Source: an uncultured delta proteobacterium
Lineage (GTDB): Bacteria > Desulfobacterota > Binatia > UBA9968
DNA: 64,000 nucleotides
Direction of reading: 5' to 3'
Assembly: GCA_963804165.1 (NCBI GenBank)
Contig: CAWDPO010000014.1
Span: 99,918 to 163,917 of the forward strand
Below, piece after piece: positions 49,625 to 60,726 of the stretch; the stretch's first letter is position 1, and every line of letters starts with the position of its first letter. The translations under genes were made by a program, and so were the position numbers. Below the pieces are notes generated by a model. It had not been told where the DNA came from. It did not search any database and saw nothing but the letters and a program-made list of their open reading frames with translations.

Positions 49625-50800
49625 ATGCGAGCAATGTCCCGGCGCGTCGCCGGATTCGGCACGACAGTTTTTGTCGAGATCAATAATCTCGCGCGGCAGC
49701 ACAACGCGGTCAACCTCGGCCAGGGCGCACCGGACTTCGATGGGCCGCCGGAGGTTTTGGCAGCGGCGGTAGAGGCTGTCAACAGCGCGATGAATCAGTA
49801 TGCGCCCGGCATCGGCATGCCCGCCGTACGCGAAGCGATCACCCGACACGCCGAGCGCTTTTACGGGCAGAAACTGGATCCGGAAACCGGAGTTCTCGTT
49901 ACCGCCGGCGCGACTGAAGGCGTGTTCGCAGCGATCCTCGGCCTTACCGACCCCGGCGATGAAGCCATCGTCTTCGAACCGGTCTACGATACCTACGTGC
50001 CGAACATGGTCATGGCCGGCGTGACGCCGCGTTACGTTCCATTGCGCGGCGAAAATTGGACATTCGATCCGGACGAATTGAGGAGAGCGTTCAGGTCACG
50101 CACGCGCGCGGTCGTCGTCAATTCGCCGCATAACCCAACCGGCAAGGTTTACACGCGCGACGAGCTCCGGGTGATCGCCGATCTGTGCGTGAAACACGAC
50201 GTGATCGCGATCACCGACGAGGTTTACGAACATATTCTTTACGATGATGCGGTACACACGCGACTGGCGACGCTTCCCGGGATGGAAGATCGCACGGTGA
50301 CGATCAGCAGCTTGGGAAAAACTTTCAGCGTGACGGGTTGGAAGATCGGCTGGGCCATCGGTCCCGCGGCTTTGGTCAATGCCGTCAATCAGGCACACCA
50401 ATTCATCACCTACGCGGTCGCTTCGCCACTGCAGGCCGCCGCGGTGACGGCGCTCAATCTACCGATTTCGTTTTTCGAGAATCTCAGAATGAATTATCAA
50501 TCCAGGCGCGACCGGATGGTGGACGTTCTACAGAAAGTTGGTTTCAAGGTTTTCAAACCGAGCGGTAGCTATTTCATCATGATTGACTGGCGCGGTGTTG
50601 CGCCGGCGCATGTCAAAGACGATTTTCAATTCGCGCGCTGGCTTACCGCGGAAGTCGGCGTCGCGTGCATTCCGGCGAGCCCGTTTTATCAGGAGTCGGA
50701 CAAGCATTTGGGTAAGCACTTCGCGCGCTTCGCCGTGTGTAAAAAGGATGAGACGCTCGCCGCGGCGGCGGAGCGATTAGCCAAGCTAGGACCTCGCTAA
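49625..50800 (+). CDS. PLP-dependent class I aminotransferase (YbdL/DapC-like)
   Basis: NLGQGAPDF, NQYAPG.G, NSPHNPTGKV, DEVYEH, SLGKTFSVTGWKIGW. Confidence 0.93.
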   Translation: MRAMSRRVAGFGTTVFVEINNLARQHNAVNLGQGAPDFDGPPEVLAAAVEAVNSAMNQYAPGIGMPAVREAITRHAERFYGQKLDPETGVLVTAGATEGVFAAILGLTDPGDEAIVFEPVYDTYVPNMVMAGVTPRYVPLRGENWTFDPDELRRAFRSRTRAVVVNSPHNPTGKVYTRDELRVIADLCVKHDVIAITDEVYEHILYDDAVHTRLATLPGMEDRTVTISSLGKTFSVTGWKIGWAIGPAALVNAVNQAHQFITYAVASPLQAAAVTALNLPISFFENLRMNYQSRRDRMVDVLQKVGFKVFKPSGSYFIMIDWRGVAPAHVKDDFQFARWLTAEVGVACIPASPFYQESDKHLGKHFARFAVCKKDETLAAAAERLAKLGPR

Positions 50801-50833
50801 AACGCGGAATTCGCCCTCTCGCGATTAGAAAAC

Positions 50834-52417
50834 CTACAGGTCATTGCCGGCGTAAGACAGATTGAAACTTTTATTCACCAGCGGGAAATCGGGAACGATG
50901 TTGTCCAAGATGGCGTAGTTGAGCGCCGGCCAATTGGCGAATGAAGGGTCTTTGATCTTAACGCGCCGGAGCGTGTTGTTTCTTCCGGCGACGACCCAAT
51001 GCCAAATCGGGCCGCGCCAACCTTCCACCAGGCCGACAGCTCCTTGTCCTTCAGCCAGCGCGTCGATCGGCGCGGCGAGATCGCCACTCGGCAGCGCCTC
51101 GAGGGCGGACTCAATCAGATGCGCCGACTCGCGCGCTTCTTCCACCCGCACCATGAGACGCGCCCACACGTCTCCTTCCGCGCGCACGACGACGCGTGGT
51201 GGCAACGCGGCGTACGCGGCAAAAGGATGATCGCGCCGCGCATCTTCGTCGATGCCGCTCGCGCGCGCGGCAACGCCGACCACTTGCATGTCGCGCGCAA
51301 TCTGCTGGCTCAAGAGTCCAGTGCCGTGTAAGCGATCGAGAACCAAACCGTTGCTGGTCGCGATCTCGACGATCTGAGCAAAATCGGCGCTGACGCGGTC
51401 GATCGAGTTACGGACGTCGTCAATCTGCGCCGAGGCGATGTCCCGCGCTACACCGCCGGGCAACAGGCACCCCCGCATGAGCCGGTGTCCGAACAGGCGC
51501 GCGTTCAAACGCAACAGATCTTCACGCAAGCGCAGCGCGTGCGCGTTGGCAACGGCAAATCCCGTATCGGTGCAAATCGCGCCAACGTCGGCGATGTGAT
51601 TATAAAGCCGCTCGAGCTCGAGCAGAACTACTCGGAGATAAGCCGCGCGAGCAGGAATCGTCACGCCGGCGAGCGCTTCCACGGCCTGACAAAACGCCAG
51701 GGTGTGCGCCACGCTCGAGTCGCCGGAAATTCGCTCGGCCAGTTTGAGTCCTTGGGCGAGAGTGGCGGACTCGAAGAGTTTCTCAATACCTTTGTGGACG
51801 AAATACATGCGCGATTCGAGATTGATGATCGTTTCGCCGTCGACGCTGAAGCGAAAATGACCGGGCTCGATGATGCCGGCGTGGACGGGACCGACGGTGA
51901 TTTCGTAAACGCCTTCGCCTTTGACTCGGCGAAACGGATAGGGCTCTCCCTCGTCGGCAAAATCCTGGCGGACGATCGCGTCCTTCAACAGCGGATGATA
52001 ATCGGCGGGCCAAAATTGGTGCAGGGGTAAACGGCGCAAATCGGGATGCCCTGTAGGAACGAGCCCAAACAAGTCATGAATTTCGCGTTCGAAGCGGCTG
52101 GCGAGATACCAGCGCGTGGCGAGCGATGGGAAAGTCGGGTCCGCCGCCGGGACGTTGACCGAAGCGACGACTAACTCAGCAGCGCCGTCGAGGGCAAAAA
52201 TGTAGCGCAGGGTGAAGCTGCCGTTTTCTGCCCGCGTGTCCTCGGCGACGATGAGCTCAGGATGAGCATTGTTCAGCGCCCGCAAGTAATCGGCGAACTG
52301 CGCGAGCCTCTCGCGCGGCACGCTGACACGCAGCTCGCTCAGACTGCGCGCTTCGACGCCGCTCAGATTCAAATTAGCGGCACTGAGCAGTTGCCGTAGC
52401 TCATTTAAGTTCCCCAT
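50834..52417 (-). CDS. Ehr/hydrogenase-4-like large subunit (NuoCD-like fusion) lacking the NiFe cysteines
   Basis: FEREIHDLFG, GPVHAGIIEPGHFRF, HKGIEK; ERISGDS in place of RxCxxC; ends NLSYAGNDL in place of DPCxxC. Confidence 0.9.
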   Translation of the reverse strand: MGNLNELRQLLSAANLNLSGVEARSLSELRVSVPRERLAQFADYLRALNNAHPELIVAEDTRAENGSFTLRYIFALDGAAELVVASVNVPAADPTFPSLATRWYLASRFEREIHDLFGLVPTGHPDLRRLPLHQFWPADYHPLLKDAIVRQDFADEGEPYPFRRVKGEGVYEITVGPVHAGIIEPGHFRFSVDGETIINLESRMYFVHKGIEKLFESATLAQGLKLAERISGDSSVAHTLAFCQAVEALAGVTIPARAAYLRVVLLELERLYNHIADVGAICTDTGFAVANAHALRLREDLLRLNARLFGHRLMRGCLLPGGVARDIASAQIDDVRNSIDRVSADFAQIVEIATSNGLVLDRLHGTGLLSQQIARDMQVVGVAARASGIDEDARRDHPFAAYAALPPRVVVRAEGDVWARLMVRVEEARESAHLIESALEALPSGDLAAPIDALAEGQGAVGLVEGWRGPIWHWVVAGRNNTLRRVKIKDPSFANWPALNYAILDNIVPDFPLVNKSFNLSYAGNDL

Positions 52418-53866
52418 CTATACTCCCAATACTTGCATTACCTGCTTGAGCGCGGCTTCAAATGGCGCGGGCAGCGTGAGTCCGAGCACGAGCAGGAGCG
52501 CGAAATTGACAGCGAGAGGCGCGAGCCAGACGCGCAACACGTCGCCGCGCGCAAGATCGGCCGGCGGCTCGCCGTAGAGCATGCGATTCACGCTCGCCAA
52601 CATGCCGCCGAAAACGACGACGAGCAAAATCACACCTGTGGCCGCCGCCCATGGATGACTTTCCAGACCGGCGCGAAAGATGATGAACTCGCTGATGAAC
52701 GGCGCAAACGGTGGCAAGCCGATCAACGCCAATATGCCGGCGAGAAAAAGCGCGCCGGTGCACGGCGCGGCGTGCAACAGCCCGCGCACGTCGCGAATTT
52801 CCGCGCTGTGATATTTTAGTAAAATACTGCCTGAAAGGATGAAGAGGAGCGATTTGACCAGCGCATGATTAATCAGGTGAAAAAGGGCGCCGAACACTCC
52901 CCAGTAACCGCCGAAGCCCAAACCGAGGCACACGATGCCAATGTGTTCGACGCTCGAGTAGGCGAGCATGCGTTTATAATTTCGTTGTCGCACCAGGAAA
53001 GCCGCGGCGACCCCAAGCGATAGAAGACCGACGCCGACCAATAAATTGGCGGCAAACTGCAGGCCAACAGCGATATCGACCACGGCTTTGAAGCGCATCA
53101 TTGCGTACAGGCCGACGTTGAGCAACACGCCCGACATTAGCGCGCTGATCGGCGCCGGCGCTTCGCTGTGCGCATCGGGCAGCCAGGTATGCATCGGTGC
53201 GAGCCCAGCCTTGGTTCCGTAACCGACAATGATGAACACAAACGCGAGGCGCAGGACATCGGCGTTGAGCGATGCCGCGCCGGCGCGAAGCGCACTCCAG
53301 TTCACGGCGATTTCGCCGGCCTTTGCCGCGCCCGCGTAGTAGACCAGCGCGGTACCGATAAAAGCCAGGGCGATGCCCACAGACGACAAAATCAAATACT
53401 TGTAGGCGGCTTCGAGCGACGTGGGCGTGTGGCGCAAATTGACCAAAAAGACCGTCGCTAAGGTCGTCCCTTCGACGGCGATCCACATGACGCCGAGATT
53501 GTCCGTCGTCACCGCGACCAGCATGGTGAAAATAAACAGGTGGAAGAGCGTGAAAAACAATCGGACGCGAGACAGATGCACGTCGTCGAATTCGGCGCGG
53601 ATGTAGCCGACCGCGTAGAGCGAAGCGATCGTGCCAAGGAAAGTGATAATGGCGACCATGAGCGCCGACAGCGCGTCAATGCGAAATAAATCGCCGCCCG
53701 CGGTGAGCACTTTACCATTCCACACTTCGATGGCGATCACCGCTCCCGCGCCGAGCGTCGCCATTGCCGCTATAACGTGCAACAGTTCCATCAGCGCGCG
53801 CCGGCGCGTGACGGCAATCAGCCCCGCCGCCGCAAGCGGAATTAAGAGCAGACTTAAGAGCGTCAT
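52418..53866 (-). CDS. hyfF: HyfF-like proton-translocating membrane subunit
   Basis: EAAYKYLI, GYGTKAGLAPMHTWLPDAHSEAP, KRMLAYSSVEH. Confidence 0.88.
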   Translation of the reverse strand: MTLLSLLLIPLAAAGLIAVTRRRALMELLHVIAAMATLGAGAVIAIEVWNGKVLTAGGDLFRIDALSALMVAIITFLGTIASLYAVGYIRAEFDDVHLSRVRLFFTLFHLFIFTMLVAVTTDNLGVMWIAVEGTTLATVFLVNLRHTPTSLEAAYKYLILSSVGIALAFIGTALVYYAGAAKAGEIAVNWSALRAGAASLNADVLRLAFVFIIVGYGTKAGLAPMHTWLPDAHSEAPAPISALMSGVLLNVGLYAMMRFKAVVDIAVGLQFAANLLVGVGLLSLGVAAAFLVRQRNYKRMLAYSSVEHIGIVCLGLGFGGYWGVFGALFHLINHALVKSLLFILSGSILLKYHSAEIRDVRGLLHAAPCTGALFLAGILALIGLPPFAPFISEFIIFRAGLESHPWAAATGVILLVVVFGGMLASVNRMLYGEPPADLARGDVLRVWLAPLAVNFALLLVLGLTLPAPFEAALKQVMQVLGV

Positions 53867-54537
53867 TCTTTCAATCTTCCCAATTCACCGACGTCGATGG
53901 AATCGAAATTGTCTTTGATGTGATAGACAAAGACTTCCATGATCAGCACCGCCACCAAGACGTCGAGAAAAACCCCCATCTCGACGATGAACGGCACACC
54001 ATAAGTGGCCAAGAGAGCGAGCAAGAAGATGCCGTTCTCCAACATGAGAAATCCAAGAATCTGCGTGACCGCGCGGCGGCGATTGACCATGATGAAAAAT
54101 CCGATCAGCACGCCCGCGAACGCGAGCGGCATGGCGTCCCCGGTGGGCAAAGGATTCGATGCGGCGATGGGGGTCATCACGTAAAACGCGACGATCGTGA
54201 GCAGCGCACAGATCATGAGCGTGGGCGCGGTTCCCAGATACGGCGCAGCGACTCTTATGATGCCGATCTTGGCCACGGCGCGATTGAGCACGCGGGGAAT
54301 GATGACGACTTTCACGACGAGAAGCGTGACGCCAACGCCGAACAATTCGAAGCTGCCGGTGTAAAGCGCGATCAGCATGGAGAGCAGCGCCAGAACGAAC
54401 GATTGCAGGCCAAATACGCGCACTTGTCTTTCCAGCCTGGCTTGGACAATCAGCAGGATCGTTAAGCCGAGCGCGACAAACGACAGCAGGTTGACGATTT
54501 TGGACAGCGCATCGGATGACATGGCGATTTCACTCAT
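53863..54537 (-). CDS. hyfE: HyfE-like membrane subunit
   Basis: Hydrophobic; QILGFLMLENGI, VEMGVFLD. Confidence 0.85.
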   Translation of the reverse strand: MSEIAMSSDALSKIVNLLSFVALGLTILLIVQARLERQVRVFGLQSFVLALLSMLIALYTGSFELFGVGVTLLVVKVVIIPRVLNRAVAKIGIIRVAAPYLGTAPTLMICALLTIVAFYVMTPIAASNPLPTGDAMPLAFAGVLIGFFIMVNRRRAVTQILGFLMLENGIFLLALLATYGVPFIVEMGVFLDVLVAVLIMEVFVYHIKDNFDSIDVGELGRLKE

Positions 54538-55480
54538 CTAAGAAAGAAAGCAGTCACGACGGCCAATAACGCGATGGTAAATGATCCGGCTAAGAGTTCT
54601 GGCACGCGGAAAAGACGGAGCTTGGCGACCGCTGTTTCCAGCAAGGCAATGGCCGCCGCGAACAGCAAGAGCTTCACCGTGAGCGCAAGAAAAGCGCTGA
54701 AGAGAGAAATCGGCGTGTTCGCGAGCGCGACGCCCCACGGAAAAAACAGATTCGACAGCAGCGTCAAGAACAAAAACAATTTCATCCCCGCCGCCCATTC
54801 CACCAGCGCGAGATGACGGCCGGAATATTCCAGGATCATTGCTTCGTGAATCATGGTCAGTTCCAGATGGGTCGCCGGATTGTCCACCGGCAAACGCCCG
54901 TTTTCCGCCAGCGCCACAATAAAAAACGCGATGAACGCGAGCAGATGACCGGCATTCAACATCAAGAGCGGCTCGGCGGCGAAACGCGTGATGATCCCAT
55001 CGAGGCTGGTCGTTCCCGCGCGTAGAGCGATGCCGAAAATGGCGATCAAGACGGTGGGCTCGGCGAGCGCGGCAATGGCGACCTCACGGCTCGAACCCAT
55101 GCCGCCGAACGCGCTGCCGGCATCGAGACCCGCCAGCGCAAGAAAGAATGTGCCGAGCAAGAAGAGATACATCAGGGACGATAATATTTCCCATGAAGCC
55201 GAGCGGAGCGCGTGTCGTGAGCGCAGGAACGATGAGCGCCGATAACAACATCGTCGTCGCGAGCAAGTACGGCGTGAAGCGAAAGATCCAGGAGGTATTT
55301 TCGGAAACCACCACTTCTTTCAAAAGTAATTTTCGCAGGTCGGCGTAGGGCTGGAAAATGGTCGCGCCGCGCCGCCCTTGCAGGCGCGCCTTTGACTTTG
55401 CGGATCACGCCGACGAGCAACGGCGATCCGAACGCAACCATAAGCAATTGTAAGATCTCGATGGTGATTTCCACAAACAT
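54534..55480 (-). CDS. HyfC/HycD (NuoH-like) membrane subunit, frameshifted
   Basis: GVIRKVK, GLDAGSAFGGMGSSRE, ENGRLPVDNPATHLELTMIHEAMILEYSG; split near 55172, 55320 and 55392. Confidence 0.85.
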
Positions 55481-55526
55481 AGGTCCGTCCGTCACGAATT
55501 CGGCATTTGCCAGCCGCAAAGATCGG

Positions 55527-57576
55527 CTACGCCGTCAGGATCAACAAGACGACGAGCGCAACCAAGATATACACCAGATAACCGTGCACGTTGCCCGACT
55601 GTAAGACGCGCGCTCGGCGCGCCGTCGCTTCGATGATGCGCAGCAGCGGCCTGTACAGTTTGTCCTCAAAAATCAGGTGGCCTTGGTTGTAATACGTCGA
55701 TGGTGCGCACGAAATAGCGCGACTCGGGGTGAAACTCGATATCGAGATCCTTGACCGGGCGATACAAGACGGCGAACACGCGTTTGAACGGATTGGCGAA
55801 ACGCCGTTGCAGTGTATTCAAAGCGCGCCGTCTGCAGCGCGCGCCCGCAGCCCCAGGTCTCGTAATAGCGGCACTGCTTGTTCGCGCGCATCAAGCGCAG
55901 CGCCAGCGGAATCGCCGTGAGAAAAACAGCAAGCCCAAGTGCGATCCACAACGGCGCGACCCAGCCGAATCCGCTGCTGGCAACGACCGCAGTTGAAATT
56001 GAATTGCATATCGGCGTGCGCGCGCGTCAGATCGAAGACGGTCGCTTCGAGCGGCGCCAATGCCAGCGACGGCAGCACGCCGAGGGCGACACAGACGAAG
56101 CGCGAGCAGGGCCATCGCCGCGCGCATCGTCCATGCCACTTCGCGCGCGCTCGCGGCACGCGCGCTGCGCGGCAGCGCGAGAAACGTGATGCCGAAAGCC
56201 CTGACAAAACACGCCGCGGCGAGGCCGCTCGTCAGTGCGAGCGCGGCCACGCCGAACGCGAAAATCAAATTGACCGTGTGCGCCGAGATTTGAAAGCTCA
56301 ACAGCAGCGACTTGGAAGGTCAGCCATTCACTGATAAAGCCGTTGAACGGCGGCAGCGCGGCAATCGCGAGCGAACCGATCAGAAAGAAAACTGCCGTCT
56401 GCGGCATGCGTTTAATGAGGCCGCCCAGCTCTTCGATATTGCGCGTATGGGTCGCGTGCAAAACCGCGCCCGCGCCCATGAACAGGAGACTCTTGAACGC
56501 TGCGTGATTGAGCGTGTGATAAAGCCCCGCGACCAGTGCCAGCGCTGCCAGGCCCGGCAGATTCGACGCTTGGAACAACATCGCCGCGCCGAGAGCCGAG
56601 CATAATGATGCCGATGTTTTCGACGCTGGAGTAAGCCAACACGCGTTTCAAATCGGCGTCGACCAGCGCATACAGCACGCCGAGCACGGCTGAGACCCCG
56701 CCAACGATGAGCATCGCTCCACCCCACCAGACCGGCCCGACTCCAAGCCAATCAAAAGCGACGCGCACGAGGCCGTACACGCCGAGCTTGATCATCACGC
56801 CGGACATCAACGCTGAGACGTGACTTGGCGCCGCCGGATGAGCGCGCGGCAGCCAGACATGCAACGGAATCGCGCCGGCTTTCGACGCCGAAGCCGACGG
56901 TAAGCAGAACAAACACCAAGTTGCGCGAGCTGGGGTCGAGCTTGCCCGCCGCCGCATCCATTCGGCAAAAGACGACGTCCCGGTGGCGTGCGCCAACAGG
57001 AGGAATCCAACGAACAGGGCAGCAAATCCCGCGTGGGTCATGACAAAGTACACCCAGCCCGCGCTTAGCGTGTCCTCGTGCTCGTTCTCTGTGATCACCA
57101 AAAAGTACGATGCCAGCGACATCACTTCCCAGAGCGTAAGAAACGTGAGCACGTTGCGCGCCAGCGGCACGAGAATCATCGCGGCGACAAAGACATTAAA
57201 CGCGAATGCCATTCCTGCGAGCGAATGTTTGCCGGCGTATTCGCGCGTGTAGCCGATCGCATACAACGCCGCTGGGATCGCGCCGATGGCAATGACCACG
57301 ACGAAAAACGCGCTCAGACGGTCCACGCCGAAAGCCGCGCCGCCGATCGGCAGCAAATCGGGAACATTGAGCTCCATGGTTCCGCCCGCGAGGCCGGCGA
57401 GGCCGAATGCCAATGCCGCGATGGCGCCAATGAACGCGCTCCGTGTCCGACGATGCGCGCGAGATTGGGTGAGCGCGCCGTAAGATCAGCGCCGCAATCG
57501 CGCCGATGCCGAAGCAGGCGAGACTGAAACCAAGCAAGTCGAGCATGAGCGCCGAATCAATGACCATGGCGAGCAT
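55527..57576 (-). CDS. HyfB-like antiporter subunit, many frameshifts
   Basis: WEVMSLASYFLV, KAG.IPLHVWLPRAHPAAPSHVSALMSG, KRVLAYSSVENIG, NHAAFKSLLF, LPPFNGFISEW, WGCG. Confidence 0.85.
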
Positions 57577-57636
57577 TCAACGGCGATGATTGGCGAGGCT
57601 CGTTGCCGGCTGAAAGAAAAGGCTGGAACGAAGATT

Positions 57637-58152
57637 TCACGCGTGTTTTTCCAGCGCGGCAAGGATGCCCAGCAAGATCGCCCGCGGCTCGGGTGGACAG
57701 CCGCGCACGACGGCGTCCACAGGCAAAATCGCGGATACCGGTCCAACAACGCCGTATCCGCCCGCAAAGACGCCGCAATCATGGGCACAGTCACCGATCG
57801 CAACAACGATCTTCGGCGCGGGTGTCGCTTCATAGGTGCGCTTGAGCGGGTCTGCCATATTGCGCGTCACCGGGCCGGTCACGAGCAGGCAATCGGCATG
57901 GCGCGGCGAGGCGACGAAATGCATGCCGAAACGTTCGACATCGTAGTATGGATTATTCAGCGCGCCGATCTCCAACTCGCAGCCGTTGCACGAGCCGGCG
58001 TCGACTTCACGAATGTGCAACGATCGGCCAAAACGCTTGCGTGCATGCTCATCTATCCGCTGCGCTAAGACTTCGATCGGCGCGTCGTCGGACGATTCCA
58101 ACGGTTCGGTGACGACCCGCGTTTTTAGGAGATACTCAATCAACGAACTCAT
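57637..58152 (-). CDS. NuoB/HyfI-like Fe-S small subunit
   Basis: DAGSCNGCELE, SPRHAD, GDCA, GCPP. Confidence 0.92.
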   Translation of the reverse strand: MSSLIEYLLKTRVVTEPLESSDDAPIEVLAQRIDEHARKRFGRSLHIREVDAGSCNGCELEIGALNNPYYDVERFGMHFVASPRHADCLLVTGPVTRNMADPLKRTYEATPAPKIVVAIGDCAHDCGVFAGGYGVVGPVSAILPVDAVVRGCPPEPRAILLGILAALEKHA

Positions 58153-58314
58153 ACTTTTATCTTGCTATTCGCCGGTTCGTTAACGTGATCGCATTAAAAC
58201 AAGGGGCAAGCGCGTCGAACTCGGATTACAGAAGCTTTGCCGAGACGGAACGAGGACATGAAAATGAAGTTCCGATTAAGTTCGCTACTGCTACCTCGTT
58301 GCACGATGTAGCGA

Positions 58315-58669
58315 TTAGAGACCTTTGGCGCCTTTCGATTTCAGGTAATTTTTTACTTCTATGCTTAGGCCTTTGACATCGCTGAAATTTGCGCCACTGA
58401 CGATGGCATTGCGAAAAACGGTGCCTGTCAAATTCGCTTCGCGAAAGCTGGCATCGGTTAGGTTCGTGTTCGATAAGTTGGCGTCGGTAAGATCACTACC
58501 GTTCAAAATACCGTGATTCAGCCTCGCGCCTTCGAAATTGGCTTGGACGTAAATCCATGCCGCCAAAATCCATGCAGCTGAAATAGAGATTTCGCAGATC
58601 ACTCCCGAGCAAACTCTCACGGTTGTAAATTTTATTCATGATCAGGCGCAGCTTTCTATCCGCCTTCAT
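58315..58669 (-). CDS. Pentapeptide-repeat protein, frameshift near 58545
   Basis: GSDLRNL..GMDLR, then ANFEG ARLNH GILNG SDLTD ANLSN TNLTD ASFRE ANLTG. Confidence 0.75.
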
Positions 58670-58738
58670 GATTGTTTTTCCTTCGCGTTTAGCCAATAAA
58701 GATGGGACTTCTTATAGACGTGATGGATTGTTCGTCAG

Positions 58739-59080
58739 TCATGAACCTTCTTTTTCGGAGCGGTCGATCTCCTTAAGCATGGCGACGGCATCCTCGACGT
58801 GCGCTTGGAAATATCGACGCATCACATCGAGCACCTCGATGAGCAGCGAGTCACGCACGGAATAAAAGACCTGATTGCCTTCTTTGCGGCTGGTGACGAT
58901 TTGTTTGGCGCGCAGGATGGAAAGATGCTGTGACGCGTTGGCTTGTTCGATGTCCAGTCGTTCAATGATCGCCCCCGCCGAAAGCTCGCCGTCGCGCAGA
59001 ACTTCGACGATCGCAATACGAGTGGGGTGCGCCAATGCTTGGAAGACACTGGCTTTAAATTGTCGAAGAGTGTCCGGCAT
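58739..59080 (-). CDS. ArsR/SmtB-family transcriptional regulator
   Basis: FQALAHPTRIAI, SQHLSILR, RKEGNQVFYS. Confidence 0.93.
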   Translation of the reverse strand: MPDTLRQFKASVFQALAHPTRIAIVEVLRDGELSAGAIIERLDIEQANASQHLSILRAKQIVTSRKEGNQVFYSVRDSLLIEVLDVMRRYFQAHVEDAVAMLKEIDRSEKEGS

Positions 59081-59112
59081 CCGGGCAGACCCTCATTCAA
59101 TAAATAGAATTC

Positions 59113-59161
59113 GTATATTCGTAATCTCGAATATACTTATCTAGTGTGATGAAAATGTCAA
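59113..59161 (-). promoter_or_regulatory. Probable ArsR operator and sigma70 promoter
   Basis: Perfect inverted repeat GTATATTCG-N6-CGAATATAC (59113-59136); minus-strand TTGACA at 59156-59161. Confidence 0.7.
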
Positions 59162-59544
59162 GGGGCTTGTCACAGGCTCGCCCTGAATGGGAATTCTTCG
59201 GTTGAAGGGGAAAATTTGTTTGTCGCTGAAACGCGCCTCAAAGAGAATGAGCTACGCTGCGATTATGTGACATGATCAGAACGCAGGTTCCGGTGCTAGC
59301 AGACTATTACGTCGCGGGAAGGGCGACATCGCGGTCTACAATCCCATTGGTAAGTGGTCGATCATCCGCTCCTCGGACACCGCCAAAAATCCTTAAAGGC
59401 GCTAAGCTGCCGTAGCGTCGTTCAATTCAATCTCAGGCTGCTTCTGACCTTCCCACTCAACTAATTCCTGTCGCCTGCTGCGGTAAATAACACTTTTTTC
59501 AGGTTCCGTATCCGTGATAAAAAGCCGAAAGAACGAGGTACGCG

Positions 59545-60530
59545 ATGAAGAGGCTGCGGTGCCATCAATCCTGATTGCAGCGATGCTGCTTGCTGTTACG
59601 GTCATCGCCGACGCCCAGCAGGCGAAGAAAGTTCCTCGGATAGGATTTCTATCGGGCACCTCCGCGTCCGGTAGTGCAGGTAACCTCGAAGCATTCCGCC
59701 AGGGCCTCCGTGACATTGGTTACGTTGAGGGGCGGAACATCACCCTTGAATACAGATATGGTGAGGGGAAATACGATCGGCTCCCCGAACTTGCGGCAGA
59801 ACTAGTCCATCTCAATGTTGCCCTCATCGTGGTAGACAATTCGACTGTGGCTCTGGCTGTGAAACAGGCGACGACGACGATTCCCATTGTGCTCGGATCC
59901 AGTGGCCATCCTATTGCAACTGGTCTGGTCACCAACCTCGCGCGCCCGGGCGGTAACATCACGGGGTTTTCCTTTGTCGCTACTGACCTGAGCGCCAAAC
60001 GGCTAGAACTTCTTAAGGAGACCGTTCCCAAGGTGTCCCGTGTGGCTTTCCTCTGGCATCCCAATGTTCGGGGAGATTTAGTGGCTTTGAAAGAAACCGA
60101 GTCAGCGGCACCGGCGTTAGGGATCAAGCTTCAACCCCTGGAGGGGCGAGATCGCGAAGCTATTGAAACCGCATTTTTAGCAATGGCCAGGGAGCGCGCA
60201 CAAGCGCTTATCGCGCTGCAAAGCGCCACTAACGTCACTTACCAGAAATTGATCGCAGAACTTGCGGCCAAGCAACGTCTGCCAAGCATGTTTGGCCGGA
60301 AGGAGTTTGTGGACGCTGGCGGACTTATGTCTTATGGGGCGCAAATTCCTGACCTGTTCCGGCGCGCTGCTACATACGTGGACAAGATCCTCAAAGGCGA
60401 CAAGCCAGGCGACCTGCCCGTGCAGCAACCCACAAAATTCGAATTCATCATCAATCTAAAAACCGCGAAGCAGATCGGCCTGACGATTCCGCCGAACGTG
60501 CTGGCGAGAGCGGATAAGGTGATCAAATAA
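59545..60530 (+). CDS. ABC_sub_bind-type substrate-binding protein (1-bp frameshift just after the ATG)
   Basis: PRIGFL, LARPGGNITG, KRLELLKE, GGLMSYG, YVDKILKG.KP.DLPV.QPTKFE..INLKTAK. Confidence 0.88.
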
Positions 60531-60726
60531 ACCTGCGGCGATGCTAGGATTGAATTGAATTCTCCGACGACTCAATCCTGTGAGATTTGTCCGTTGCGTC
60601 GTTCAGTTCAATCCTACGTCAAAACTAGCGTTTTCTCCCTCGATGATCTGGTTTTGCTTCAGCCGTAAATAACACTTTTCTCAGCTTCCGTATCCGTGAT
60701 AAAAAGCCGCAAGAATGAGGTGCGCA

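Noticed and set aside
50834-58152. Functional group 4 [NiFe] hydrogenase / formate hydrogenlyase
   Set aside because: The Ni-ligating CxxC motifs are absent, and there are no hyp or fdh genes.
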